Program-made: the position numbers and the translations under genes | The notes under the pieces: generated by a model | Seen by the model: only the letters and a program-made list of their open reading frames with translations | Told to the model about the DNA's origin: nothing | Database searches by the model: none | From: Gammaproteobacteria bacterium | Lineage (GTDB): Bacteria > Pseudomonadota > Gammaproteobacteria > Eutrophobiales > Eutrophobiaceae | NCBI GenBank assembly: GCA_965243205.1 | Contig: CBDEUK010000002.1 | Span: 288,001 to 352,000 of the forward strand | Direction: 5' to 3' | Length of the DNA: 64,000 nt | Shown here: in pieces, positions 46,644 through 55,891 of the stretch | Position numbering within the stretch: position 1 is the stretch's first letter | Layout: each line of letters opens with the position of its first letter

Positions 46644-47408
46644 ATGGTTCAATTAGTCGATTCTCACTGTCATATCCCTATGCTTGAAGATATTGCCTTT
46701 GCGGAGGTAATGGAAAATGCAGAGCAAGCAGATGTTGCTAAAATGCTTTGTGTTTCAGTAGATTTACCAACGTTTCCAGATGTTTTAGCGACGGCAGAAC
46801 GTGATGACCGTATTTATGCTTCAGTAGGAATTCATCCAAATACAGAAATGTCGCCTGAAGTCACTCTAGAAAACCTCGAAGATTTAGCCAATCATCCTAA
46901 AGTCGTTGCTATTGGTGAGACAGGCCTGGATTATTTTCGTAGTGAAGGCGATTTAGAATGGCAAAGAGAGCGATTTAGAACTCATATTGCAGCAGCAAAA
47001 TCTACTCAAAAGCCACTGATTATCCATACACGAGATGCTAAGGAAGATACGATAAAAGTTCTGCAAGAAGAGGGCGCTGATAGCATAGGTGGAGTGATGC
47101 ATTGTTTTGTTGAAGATTGGGCAACAGCACAAAAAGCCATGGAGATGAATTTCTATATTTCTTTTTCAGGTATTGTCACATTTAAAAATGCTACAGATTT
47201 ACAAGATGTGGCGAAAAAAGTGCCATTGGAAAAAATGTTAGTCGAAACGGATTCTCCTTATTTAGCACCTGTACCTAAGCGTGGTAAACAAAATCAGCCT
47301 GCATTTGTACGGTATGTAGCTGAGTTCTTAGCTGAATTAAAAGGAGTGAGCCTAGAACAATTAGCTGAGCAAACGACATTCAATTTCCAACAACTCTTTA
47401 AGGTATAA
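46644..47408 (+). CDS. TatD family hydrolase (YcfH-like)
   Basis: DSHCH, GETGLDY, HTR, HCF, ETDSPYLAP. Confidence 0.95.
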   Translation: MVQLVDSHCHIPMLEDIAFAEVMENAEQADVAKMLCVSVDLPTFPDVLATAERDDRIYASVGIHPNTEMSPEVTLENLEDLANHPKVVAIGETGLDYFRSEGDLEWQRERFRTHIAAAKSTQKPLIIHTRDAKEDTIKVLQEEGADSIGGVMHCFVEDWATAQKAMEMNFYISFSGIVTFKNATDLQDVAKKVPLEKMLVETDSPYLAPVPKRGKQNQPAFVRYVAEFLAELKGVSLEQLAEQTTFNFQQLFKV

Positions 47409-47420
47409 AATACTTAAAAA

Positions 47421-48551
47421 TCATATATTTAAATTAATTATTTCAAGTGATTTCTTGATTATATTCATAGGCGTATAAAAATGTGGGGATAAACGGACTC
47501 CACCTCCTCGATAAGCACAGATAACATTTTGAGCCATAAGTCTTTTGTATAAGGATTCCATGTCTACACCTTCAATCTTAAATGTCACAATCCCAGAACG
47601 ATGTTGATGATTTTCAGGAGTGATGATTTTAAAACCTGAAGATTTTAATGAATCGATGAGATAATCAGTTTTTTCTAATATTGCAGAGCGGATATTCGAT
47701 ATTCCTACCTCCTCGATTAATGAAAGGCTGGCAGAAAGTGCATGTATACCGAGCATATTTGGGCTGCCGCATTCGAAACGTTTTGCATTATTTGCAGGTA
47801 ACCAGTTTTTTTCATCATAGTTACCTGCATTTTCAATCATATGCCAACCAAATTGACGTAATTCCAAGGGGTTTTGTTGATTCATCCTGCAATAAAATAA
47901 TGCGATTCCCTCTGGTCCCATTAGCCATTTATGAGCATCAGCCATCATGAAATCAATATGATTTTTTTCAACATCAATTTCATGTGCGCCGAGGCTTTGT
48001 ATAGCATCCACACAAAATAAGATGTTATTTGAATGACAAAAATCACCTAATTGTTGTAAATTAATTTTTAATCCAATTCCATACTGAACTGAGCTTATTG
48101 ATATTAAACGTGTTTTTTCATCACAAGCGTTTATTAGAGCTTGTTCAGCTGATTCACAATTTATGATATCGATTTCTCTAAATTCAACACCATGTTTATT
48201 TTGCGCTAACCACGGGATGCGATTCGAAGGAAATTCCTGATTCGAGCTAACAACATTATCGCCTTGTTTCCACGATATGCCCTCAGCTACAACCGATAAG
48301 GCTTCGGAGGTATTTTTTAATAAAGCAATTTCATCCTCAGATTGAGCATGAATCAAGTTTTTTAATTGAGACCTTAGTTGAGATTCTTTCTCTATCCACG
48401 TTAGGTAATTCTGCGCGCCAGAAATTGTATTTTCATTAGCAAAATCTTTTACTGCATTAGAGGTTCTCGTTGGCCAAGGAGAGACAGCAGCATGATTTAA
48501 GTAAAATAAATTTTGTTTTAAAGGAAATTCTTCGTTGAGTTTTATGTCCAT
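47421..48551 (-). CDS. Class V PLP-dependent aminotransferase (cysteine desulfurase-like)
   Basis: YLNHAA, VDAIQ, HKWLMGPEG, RLSPHFY. Confidence 0.9.
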   Translation of the reverse strand: MDIKLNEEFPLKQNLFYLNHAAVSPWPTRTSNAVKDFANENTISGAQNYLTWIEKESQLRSQLKNLIHAQSEDEIALLKNTSEALSVVAEGISWKQGDNVVSSNQEFPSNRIPWLAQNKHGVEFREIDIINCESAEQALINACDEKTRLISISSVQYGIGLKINLQQLGDFCHSNNILFCVDAIQSLGAHEIDVEKNHIDFMMADAHKWLMGPEGIALFYCRMNQQNPLELRQFGWHMIENAGNYDEKNWLPANNAKRFECGSPNMLGIHALSASLSLIEEVGISNIRSAILEKTDYLIDSLKSSGFKIITPENHQHRSGIVTFKIEGVDMESLYKRLMAQNVICAYRGGGVRLSPHFYTPMNIIKKSLEIINLNI

Positions 48552-48631
48552 AACAAGAAATCAGCTTGGTTAATGATAATAATTATCAATTAGTGTATCG
48601 TAATAAGATTAAAATATTTAAGAGGTCGTAA

Positions 48632-49219
48632 ATGTCTGTAGTTAATAAATTGAATATAGGTGCCATTGTTATCTCATTATCATTTCCTTTCCAGGTTTTT
48701 TCGAGTGGAACAATGACGGAGGATGAGGTATCAAGTGTTCAAAGAACCCAACTTAAAACCGATTCAGAAAAACATCAGATACAAACAGCAGCAGGATTAC
48801 TAGCGAAATATGAAATAGAAGCGAATAAATTAATTGATAGTTTAGAAGAGGGCGCAAGTAGCCAAGATTTATCTTCTCAAGCATCCAATTTAATTAACTT
48901 ATCGGAGACCGTTATAGAGAGTGCCCGATTTAGATTACCGCAATGCGATGAATACCTTTCTAAAACGATCGCTATTAAAGATGAAATTGAAGTTATCTCA
49001 CACGATAGATTAGAAAAAGGTTATCACTTAGATGGCGAATTACCAAAAGCAGGGGAGGAGTGTTATCACACCAAGGATTTATTCATTCACCCAGCTACAG
49101 TTGTTGTGTTAACCCGTGATGATCCTGAACTGAATAAAAATACTAAAGATAGTATCAAAGCTGAAATAGCTGAAGTATTGGCGCACACTGAACTTGTTAG
49201 GCAGTTAGTGATTTATTAA
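48632..49219 (+). CDS. Exported helical hypothetical protein
   Basis: Signal peptide, good RBS; Cys/His cluster (QCDEYL, GYH, CYHTKDLFIHP, LAH). Confidence 0.7.
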   Translation: MSVVNKLNIGAIVISLSFPFQVFSSGTMTEDEVSSVQRTQLKTDSEKHQIQTAAGLLAKYEIEANKLIDSLEEGASSQDLSSQASNLINLSETVIESARFRLPQCDEYLSKTIAIKDEIEVISHDRLEKGYHLDGELPKAGEECYHTKDLFIHPATVVVLTRDDPELNKNTKDSIKAEIAEVLAHTELVRQLVIY

Positions 49220-51003
49220 ATATTAAATACGTGAGCATTTTGTTTGTCAGTGGGTAGCTCAACCGTATTATTAAAGTCATTGAAGCCAATCTGTGGTTTG
49301 ATCTGTAGAATTTTTTTCAAGTTAACTAAGTTAGCAGGTCTAAAGAAATAGAAGCCTTGATAAGCATCGCAATCGTATCGTACTAATACTTGTAACTCTT
49401 CTGTGGTTTCTAGACCTTCAGCAATGACTTTGAGTTTTAATTTTTTTGCAATCTCACAAACTGATTTAATAATCGTAGCTTTAACATCATCTAGATGAAC
49501 ATCTTGAATGAACGCACGATCAAGTTTCACAATATCAATAGGTAATTTCATTAGATAACTTAAAGAAGAATAACCACTGCCAAAATCATCTAAGGCGATT
49601 TTAACACCTAATTTTTTGATATCATTAATTTTATCAATCGCAGTTTCTATATCGCCTACAAATATATTCTCAGTAATTTCTATCAATAAATGTTTAGGAT
49701 CAATTTTTTTACTGAGAATATTTTCTTTAAGGTGTGTTTCAAAATTGGTGTGCCAAAATTGATTGGGGCTTACATTTACTGATAAATATTGAATTCGATC
49801 ATCACAGATAACATTTTCTTGCTGCCATATAGACAATTGTTCGCAAGCTTTTTCAATTACATATTCGCCTAACTGTTGTAATAAACCTGTGCTTTCAGCG
49901 ATAGGAATGAATTCGGTAGGAGGGATATTACCTTTTGTTAAATGCTCCCATCTTAATAATGATTCAAAAGCAATAATGTTTCTATCTTTATTAACAATAG
50001 GTTGAAAATGCAAATCTAATTCTTTGTTGTTAAGTGCATAAATCAAATCTTTTTCTAAGTTTAACCAATGCTTATTTTTTTTGCGCATTTGTTCATCAAA
50101 ACTTTGAATATTATTTTGACCACTGCTTTTTGAATGTGTAAGTGCAATGTCAGCAAAATTTAATATTTTTTGTGCTTTGAAATCTTGTTCAGGTAATAAG
50201 CAAATACCTGAGCTAGAACTTATTTTAATCACCATCTCATCTATATTGTATGGTGCTCCAATAATATCTCTTATTTTAGTAGCAATTTTTTTTGCGTTTT
50301 TTAATGCGGCTTCTTTATCTTGATTAAGTCCAGAAATAATACAAACAAATTCATCGGCACTTATCCTGGCAAGATAATCTTCTTTGCGAACAACTTTTTT
50401 TAAACGATTAGCTACAAGCTCTAATAATTTGTCACCTGTTTCAAAACTGTATTGATTATTTATAAATTTGAAACGATCAATATTAACGATAATCAAGCAA
50501 CTGTAACTTTTATTACGTTTAGAATTAATAATATGTTTGTTTACTATTTCTTCTAAATTTTTACGATTTGGTATTTGAGTTAATGTATCGATTAGAGCTT
50601 GTTGAGAAAGCTCATTGATCGTATCTTGGTTATCCGTAATTGATTCTATACGACTATGAAAGGCAATAATATTTTCTGAATCATCAAACTCTGGCGTAAT
50701 TGTATCTTTGACTAATAATTCATCACCATTTTTTTGTTTTAGACGATATTCAATTTCAAGAAATTGTATTTGTTTCGAACTTAATTCCAACAATCTATCT
50801 TGAAATTCAATTAAATCATCAATACTGATTAAATCGATATAACTTTTATTTTCAGCAATTAATTCGTCACTAACATATCCTAATAATTCATTAATATTTG
50901 GCGACACAAAACTTATCGGTAATCCTGATTGATTTAATCTGGATACCAATAATATATTTCCGTTTTTAAAAAATCGGTCAGAAATCTCTTCAAGATTAGT
51001 CAA
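49216..51003 (-). CDS. PAS-GGDEF-EAL protein, probably a c-di-GMP phosphodiesterase
   Basis: Degenerate SADEF; ESLLRW, EITE, DDFGSGYSSL, AEG.E. Confidence 0.9.
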   Translation of the reverse strand: MTNLEEISDRFFKNGNILLVSRLNQSGLPISFVSPNINELLGYVSDELIAENKSYIDLISIDDLIEFQDRLLELSSKQIQFLEIEYRLKQKNGDELLVKDTITPEFDDSENIIAFHSRIESITDNQDTINELSQQALIDTLTQIPNRKNLEEIVNKHIINSKRNKSYSCLIIVNIDRFKFINNQYSFETGDKLLELVANRLKKVVRKEDYLARISADEFVCIISGLNQDKEAALKNAKKIATKIRDIIGAPYNIDEMVIKISSSSGICLLPEQDFKAQKILNFADIALTHSKSSGQNNIQSFDEQMRKKNKHWLNLEKDLIYALNNKELDLHFQPIVNKDRNIIAFESLLRWEHLTKGNIPPTEFIPIAESTGLLQQLGEYVIEKACEQLSIWQQENVICDDRIQYLSVNVSPNQFWHTNFETHLKENILSKKIDPKHLLIEITENIFVGDIETAIDKINDIKKLGVKIALDDFGSGYSSLSYLMKLPIDIVKLDRAFIQDVHLDDVKATIIKSVCEIAKKLKLKVIAEGLETTEELQVLVRYDCDAYQGFYFFRPANLVNLKKILQIKPQIGFNDFNNTVELPTDKQNAHVFNI

Positions 51004-51096
51004 TTTGTAGCTCAGAAGTTATTACTAAAAATATTTTTTCTCTAAAGTTTATCGGCAAAAAATCTCAATAATTAAGCTAATAATGCCATATTATTA

Positions 51097-51124
51097 TTAT
51101 CGCATAATGTATATTATGTTAAAT
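51097..51124 (+). other. dif: Chromosomal dif site (XerCD) = prophage attL
   Basis: TTATCGCATAA-TGTATA-TTATGTTAAAT; spacer and XerD arm identical to the E. coli dif. Confidence 0.95.
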
Positions 51125-51235
51125 TAATTATGTCATTGATTTTTATGTACTACTTATGGGTAATTGTAAAAACAACCCCTTTTCCGTCTAATTGTTTAGT
51201 ACGCCTGCGATAATTACAAAAAGAAGGAATTACTA

Positions 51236-51604
51236 ATGACCAGCATTATTGAGGACGCGGCATGGTACGCAGACGACAAATATTTTTATTGGGATAGCAA
51301 TTATAACCTTGAAACCATCCCCGAATTGGTGGCAAAACACCCCAAAACGATAAAACGATGGCATGAAAACAACGCTTGGCCTCTCTGGGCGAAGCGATTG
51401 ATTGCATCATACAGTGGTTATTATTTGCACCCCGGCTGGCATGGATGGCGGCTCAATCCAAGAGATTTCAAACTGTACCCGCCCGGGTTACGACATGGGT
51501 TCACAGCGCCAGAAATTGAAGGACTGGATTTTATCCGGCAAAACTTGGGGAATATTCGGCACTCTGAAATGAAGCCGAAGCAATACGAATTATTGTTTAC
51601 TTAG
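51236..51604 (+). CDS. HTH + DUF3653 protein (XafT-like Xer activation factor candidate)
   Basis: HTH-like TIPELVAKHPKTIKRW; WHGWRL...LYPPG...FTAPEI DUF3653-like motif; next to att; RBS AAGGA. Confidence 0.65.
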   Translation: MTSIIEDAAWYADDKYFYWDSNYNLETIPELVAKHPKTIKRWHENNAWPLWAKRLIASYSGYYLHPGWHGWRLNPRDFKLYPPGLRHGFTAPEIEGLDFIRQNLGNIRHSEMKPKQYELLFT

Positions 51605-52001
51605 GTTTAGTATTTACAACGTCGTTCTTTTTTATATGTAGATAAACTCTGTCACCAAACAAAAAGAAAAACGCGCTAGAGCCTATATTTAAAGTACTTT
51701 GAGCGTGTGGTGAGTTCATAACAACAAGTACAAACGCCATCAGTAAAATTAAAAATGTGGCGATGTAACGAGACGACTCGCGTAAATCAGTGACCCATTG
51801 CGATGCCTTGCCCGACGGTTTGTCGATGTCGGCTAAGGCTTTTAATCGCTCGGTTTCCGCATTCATTAACTGAATCGTTTCTTCAACGTTTTGCGGACGA
51901 CCACCGGCTGAGCCTGTGACCTTAGCAACTACACCTCTTATAGTATCGACAACAGCAGGAACTAAACTTGGTAAAACAGTTGTTGCTAATATTTCAATCA
52001 T
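51597..52001 (-). CDS. Holin-like protein (3TM/GTA holin-like)
   Basis: WVTDLRESSRYIATF then TM segments, FFFLFGDR, basic C-terminus. Confidence 0.65.
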   Translation of the reverse strand: MIEILATTVLPSLVPAVVDTIRGVVAKVTGSAGGRPQNVEETIQLMNAETERLKALADIDKPSGKASQWVTDLRESSRYIATFLILLMAFVLVVMNSPHAQSTLNIGSSAFFFLFGDRVYLHIKKNDVVNTKPK

Positions 52002-52194
52002 GATTTGAGCCTGTATTTATAGGGTTTTCTTGCGTTAGTTCACTTTCTAAATTAATCACACGTTTGGTTAACTTACTGACTTTATCTGCTACGTCATTGA
52101 TGCGTTGTTCATTGCGATAGATAAGATAAATAATCAACGCCGATGAAAAGTCACCACCAGCCGATAACAGTTTCAATAATTCATCTAAGGGCAT
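51994..52194 (-). CDS. Small TM + coiled-coil protein (holin-like)
   Basis: SALIIYLIY hydrophobic stretch then heptads; overlaps both neighbours. Confidence 0.55.
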   Translation of the reverse strand: MPLDELLKLLSAGGDFSSALIIYLIYRNEQRINDVADKVSKLTKRVINLESELTQENPINTGSNHD

Positions 52195-52535
52195 GTTGTA
52201 CAGCGAACCGAACCATCAAGACCGAACAACGGGTCATCAGGACAACGACAGCCTCGGTCAATCACAATTTCAAAGCTACCCGGCGCACCGCCGCCATCTT
52301 TACCGCCAACACTCGCAATGCCAAAATCTTTAAAAAAATCATCGAATACACTGCCACTAGTAAAACCATCACCATCAGCCCCGACGAACGTACTACTTGC
52401 ATCACTCGGTGAAACACTGCCGAAAGATCCCAAATTTAGCCCAGATAAGGACTTCCCGGACTTCCACCACCACAACAGGCCGCCAATCACGATGCCTGAC
52501 AAGATCATTTTTTTCGTATTAGAATCGTTTTTCAT
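52185..52535 (-). CDS. Phage membrane protein with Cys-rich C-terminus
   Basis: TM MILSGIVIGGLLWWW; GCRCP...CTTCP; ATGA coupling to upstream gene. Confidence 0.65.
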   Translation of the reverse strand: MKNDSNTKKMILSGIVIGGLLWWWKSGKSLSGLNLGSFGSVSPSDASSTFVGADGDGFTSGSVFDDFFKDFGIASVGGKDGGGAPGSFEIVIDRGCRCPDDPLFGLDGSVRCTTCP

Positions 52536-53251
52536 GCCCTACCCGCTACTTGGTCTATAAAACCCCAATCAATGGCCGCATAAAACTGACCGCCGCCCGG
52601 TTGATTACGTCCCATCCAGTTCGCAACACGACCGCCCTTTCGTGGCCGTCCATCAATGTGCATACCGGGGCGCGGTTTCCAGTCGGGATACACACCGATA
52701 CCACCAATCGCCGACACTTCAACGGCTGCGTTGTACGCTTCGCGCAAACTACTCTCAGGAAATATATCAATCGCATCGGACAAACGACCGACCGCATAAT
52801 GACGTGAATTTTTCGAACCGGTTAATCGAAACAATGCACCGGGCGCGGGTGAAATTCGAATCGGTTTACCTAAGCGATGCCGCATATCATCCAACGCATG
52901 AATGATGCGCGGGTCAATGTGTTTTAGATTTTCATTACCGCCAAATTCAGCCGGCGTGAAATATCGAATCTTGTCCCAATCAACGGATTGAGTTTGGTCA
53001 ACGATGGGGAATTCATTTACAGTTTCCAATTCAGCCTCCCGATTGCCTGCGGTATTCGATACAGTGGGAAAAGTAAAAACGGTGTCACTGTCGAACGAAC
53101 CAAGTTTGAAAAAATCCAAAAAATCATCGTCCAGAAATCCACCATCAAGAAGACCATCCGCGAGTGGATTAGATTTGCCTTGAGCCTGTCGAGCATAAAG
53201 AACACCTCCGACAATCGTCGCGGCCGCTAAAAGTTTACCCGCCCGACTCAT
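52532..53251 (-). CDS. Membrane-anchored peptidase M15 (muralytic/endolysin)
   Basis: N-terminal TM; YFTPAEF, LDDMR..LGKPIRIS, SRH-x6-DAIDI, GIGVY, MHIDGR. Confidence 0.8.
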   Translation of the reverse strand: MSRAGKLLAAATIVGGVLYARQAQGKSNPLADGLLDGGFLDDDFLDFFKLGSFDSDTVFTFPTVSNTAGNREAELETVNEFPIVDQTQSVDWDKIRYFTPAEFGGNENLKHIDPRIIHALDDMRHRLGKPIRISPAPGALFRLTGSKNSRHYAVGRLSDAIDIFPESSLREAYNAAVEVSAIGGIGVYPDWKPRPGMHIDGRPRKGGRVANWMGRNQPGGGQFYAAIDWGFIDQVAGRA

Positions 53252-53600
53252 TGTTCAATGATGCTATGTAATCGTTTAACTGCTGATGAAATTGAGCCTC
53301 GGTAATTTCTTTGTTACCGAGTTTTTTATTCAAGTCATCCGATTTAATCCGTATCTTTTCAGCATTCGCCAGTCGCAACGTTTCTTGTTCTTGCTTCTGT
53401 TGAGCTGTCATAAAAATTAAATCATCGTCGGTCACGTTATCGTTTAAGAACGTGCAACAGGTTTTAAAATCGGCTAATACATCGTTCATTGCCTGCTCAA
53501 AATTCTTTCCACCTGTCGCTAGCATTTGCAGATAAACCAAACCTTGAAGCTTGCGCGCACGCGACGATGTATTACTCGGATTAGTTCCAAACTGTTTCAT
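53235..53600 (-). CDS. Phage hypothetical protein
   Basis: ATG at 53600 with GAGG RBS just after the upstream stop; helical/coiled-coil. Confidence 0.65.
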   Translation of the reverse strand: MKQFGTNPSNTSSRARKLQGLVYLQMLATGGKNFEQAMNDVLADFKTCCTFLNDNVTDDDLIFMTAQQKQEQETLRLANAEKIRIKSDDLNKKLGNKEITEAQFHQQLNDYIASLNNESGG

Positions 53601-53602
53601 GA

Positions 53603-54277
53603 TTAAAGTACCTCGTAGATGAGTGAATAACGTCCCCAACTGGTATTCGTTTGGTTGTAATAAATCCCGTTTCCTGCAGGAACAATGAACATCGGCTCCT
53701 TGTGGTCATGACGACCGGCCGAGACCATCAACAACGTGCAGGCATTACCATCATCGAATCCCGCTGGCGTGGTGGCTTTGTACATAATTCGCATTAATGG
53801 CGAAATGGAGACCATATCGATAGAGTAAACTTTTATACCGTTGACATTCGTAGCTGGCGGCACGATGGTAAACATGCTGGTATTGTTGAGTGCGTTATGC
53901 GCCGAAAGGGTATTCGATAAATCAATATCGCTGCTAATTTTCAGTGGAAAATCTTCGTTCTGTTCCATTAACACCGCATCATCTCTAATGCGTGACTCGC
54001 CATTCACAGACCAAAACTCAATGGTTAATGTTTTACCTGGCTGCGCTTCATTGGCTAGCCATAGCTTGGTGGTCGGCCACTTCTCAAACCGACGACCGTT
54101 AAAAATATCAACCGGCACATTTTCAGTTGAATTAAATCGTAACGTTGCCTTAGCACCGGGCGATGATGAACGGATTCGTAACTCGTTACACTGAACGTTT
54201 AATTCAAACAGTGAACGCGCAACCGATAAATCAATATCGATTTTACGAATCGGTAATAAGTCGAATTTATTACTCAT
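53603..54277 (-). CDS. Putative vertex/spike protein B
   Basis: Beta-rich; paralogous to 54277-54999; TAATG coupling; position matches the PM2 spike region. Confidence 0.6.
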   Translation of the reverse strand: MSNKFDLLPIRKIDIDLSVARSLFELNVQCNELRIRSSSPGAKATLRFNSTENVPVDIFNGRRFEKWPTTKLWLANEAQPGKTLTIEFWSVNGESRIRDDAVLMEQNEDFPLKISSDIDLSNTLSAHNALNNTSMFTIVPPATNVNGIKVYSIDMVSISPLMRIMYKATTPAGFDDGNACTLLMVSAGRHDHKEPMFIVPAGNGIYYNQTNTSWGRYSLIYEVL

Positions 54278-54999
54278 TAGAGCACCTCATATTCCAACGC
54301 CACCCACGAGTTGGCATTGGCATTTTGTTGAACGTAAATACCCAAACCGGCAGGAATAATAATCACCCTTTCTAAATTTCCTGTTGTTCCACCCACGACC
54401 ATCATCAACGTGTGCGCCGCTGTATCGGTGTACGAACTCGGAGCAGAACTTTTCGCCATAAATCGCATCGATGCACTACTGGCCGCACTGGCTAACAAGA
54501 CCTTAATGCCATTCACATTTGTTGCTGGTGGCACGATGGTTTGTAAGTTGTTGTTAACAAGTTCGAAAAAATATTGACTCACCATCGTCGGCGGTGTTGG
54601 TGGGTCAGTAATACCTTGAATTTGCGGGTCTACGGGAAACTCTATATTTACAGGGTCAGCGTCATCGATTTTCACTAAGCCAACAATCTGAGCGACCAAC
54701 GCATCGTCTTCGATTTGCGTATCACCGACAGCCGTCCAGTATTCAATCGTTAATTCCGCGCCTGCTTGAGCATCGTTATCAATAAAAATTTTTCTAGTGG
54801 GCCAATTGGTAAACCGTCGCCCGTTAAAAATATCAATCGGTTTGTTTTGTGTTTGATTGAATCGAATTTTCGCTAAGGCATTCGCGCTGTTGGACGACAC
54901 ACGTATTTGATTACAGCTAAAAGTCAGCTCTTCTAAATTACGAGCGACTGATAAATCGAGTGATATTTTACGAACGGGCAACCCGTCAAAGTTGCTCAT
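54277..54999 (-). CDS. Putative vertex/spike protein A
   Basis: Beta-rich N-domain, Pro-rich linker (DPPTPPT), beta C-domain. Confidence 0.6.
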   Translation of the reverse strand: MSNFDGLPVRKISLDLSVARNLEELTFSCNQIRVSSNSANALAKIRFNQTQNKPIDIFNGRRFTNWPTRKIFIDNDAQAGAELTIEYWTAVGDTQIEDDALVAQIVGLVKIDDADPVNIEFPVDPQIQGITDPPTPPTMVSQYFFELVNNNLQTIVPPATNVNGIKVLLASAASSASMRFMAKSSAPSSYTDTAAHTLMMVVGGTTGNLERVIIIPAGLGIYVQQNANANSWVALEYEVL

Positions 55000-55454
55000 T
55001 TCTTACGGCCCTTTTTACGGTTAAACCAAAAGTACGCCATCGCACCGAGACCCAGTTGAACTTCGGGCTTTGATAAATTATCAGCGAGTTTTCGGAACGT
55101 CTCTTGACCTGACTCAACGATTTCACCGACCGTTGTTGTGAGTGCAGCAGTAGCCCCACTCGTTCGAGCAAAGTCCTGTGATACCTGTTCAAGTGCATCG
55201 CCGGCCGGCTCTAGAATTTGTTGTATATCCTCGCCCTGTAACCCTTGATTGGTAATTTCAAACGTTAAATCCGAATCGGGTGAGCCTGAGACTTTAATCG
55301 CGGTCGCGCTCGGTTTGTCGGCAACGACTGACCCTTCCGAGGTGTCATTAATCGTTCGTGTGTTCGTGGTGCTGTTACTGGACGACGAGGATTTCGAACC
55401 GCCACCGCGATACCCTGCAAACGGTAATAGTTTATTTTGAATTCGAGTAATCAT
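54996..55454 (-). CDS. Phage membrane-associated structural protein
   Basis: GGGSKSSSSSNSTT N-terminus; C-terminal TM plus RKKGRKK. Confidence 0.65.
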   Translation of the reverse strand: MITRIQNKLLPFAGYRGGGSKSSSSSNSTTNTRTINDTSEGSVVADKPSATAIKVSGSPDSDLTFEITNQGLQGEDIQQILEPAGDALEQVSQDFARTSGATAALTTTVGEIVESGQETFRKLADNLSKPEVQLGLGAMAYFWFNRKKGRKK

Positions 55455-55891
55455 CGTTTATCTATCTGTTTAAGCATCACCAATTCACCCGGGACAAATC
55501 CATTTTCCAAATAGGTTTTAATCAGGCCCGGTCGCTTCACATGAGCGCGAACTCTGCTACACCCTTTTATCTGCCCGATTTCTTCAAGCAACGGTAAAAA
55601 CTCCATCATGAAACGCAACTCGCCAAAGTTACCGCCTACGGCGACAACAACACATTCCAGTCCGTCATATCTCAGTACGCAGCAACCGAAATCCGTCTCG
55701 CCATCCGTTGCGTGGTATAACTCACAATGACCGTTCATGACATCTCGCGCGCAATCTTCAATGCCGTAAATTTCATCCCACTCAACCGGCTCACACCATT
55801 GTCGAGCGGTGTAATTCCATTGGGTTTTTACGAGCTTGAGCGCCTTTTTTTCAGTAGTGTTTTCGCTATCATGTACCCGCCTATCAGCCAT
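55451..55891 (-). CDS. GNAT-fold-like phage protein
   Basis: VVVAVGG, GCSRVRAHVKRPGLIKTYLENGF resembles a GNAT C-terminal motif. Confidence 0.5.
   Translation of the reverse strand: MADRRVHDSENTTEKKALKLVKTQWNYTARQWCEPVEWDEIYGIEDCARDVMNGHCELYHATDGETDFGCCVLRYDGLECVVVAVGGNFGELRFMMEFLPLLEEIGQIKGCSRVRAHVKRPGLIKTYLENGFVPGELVMLKQIDKR

Noticed and set aside
17411-47408. Housekeeping block as a source of novelty (no rseC; prfC between acpS and rne)
   Set aside because: Ordinary lineage-level synteny variation; no tRNA, rRNA, IS or defence genes seen
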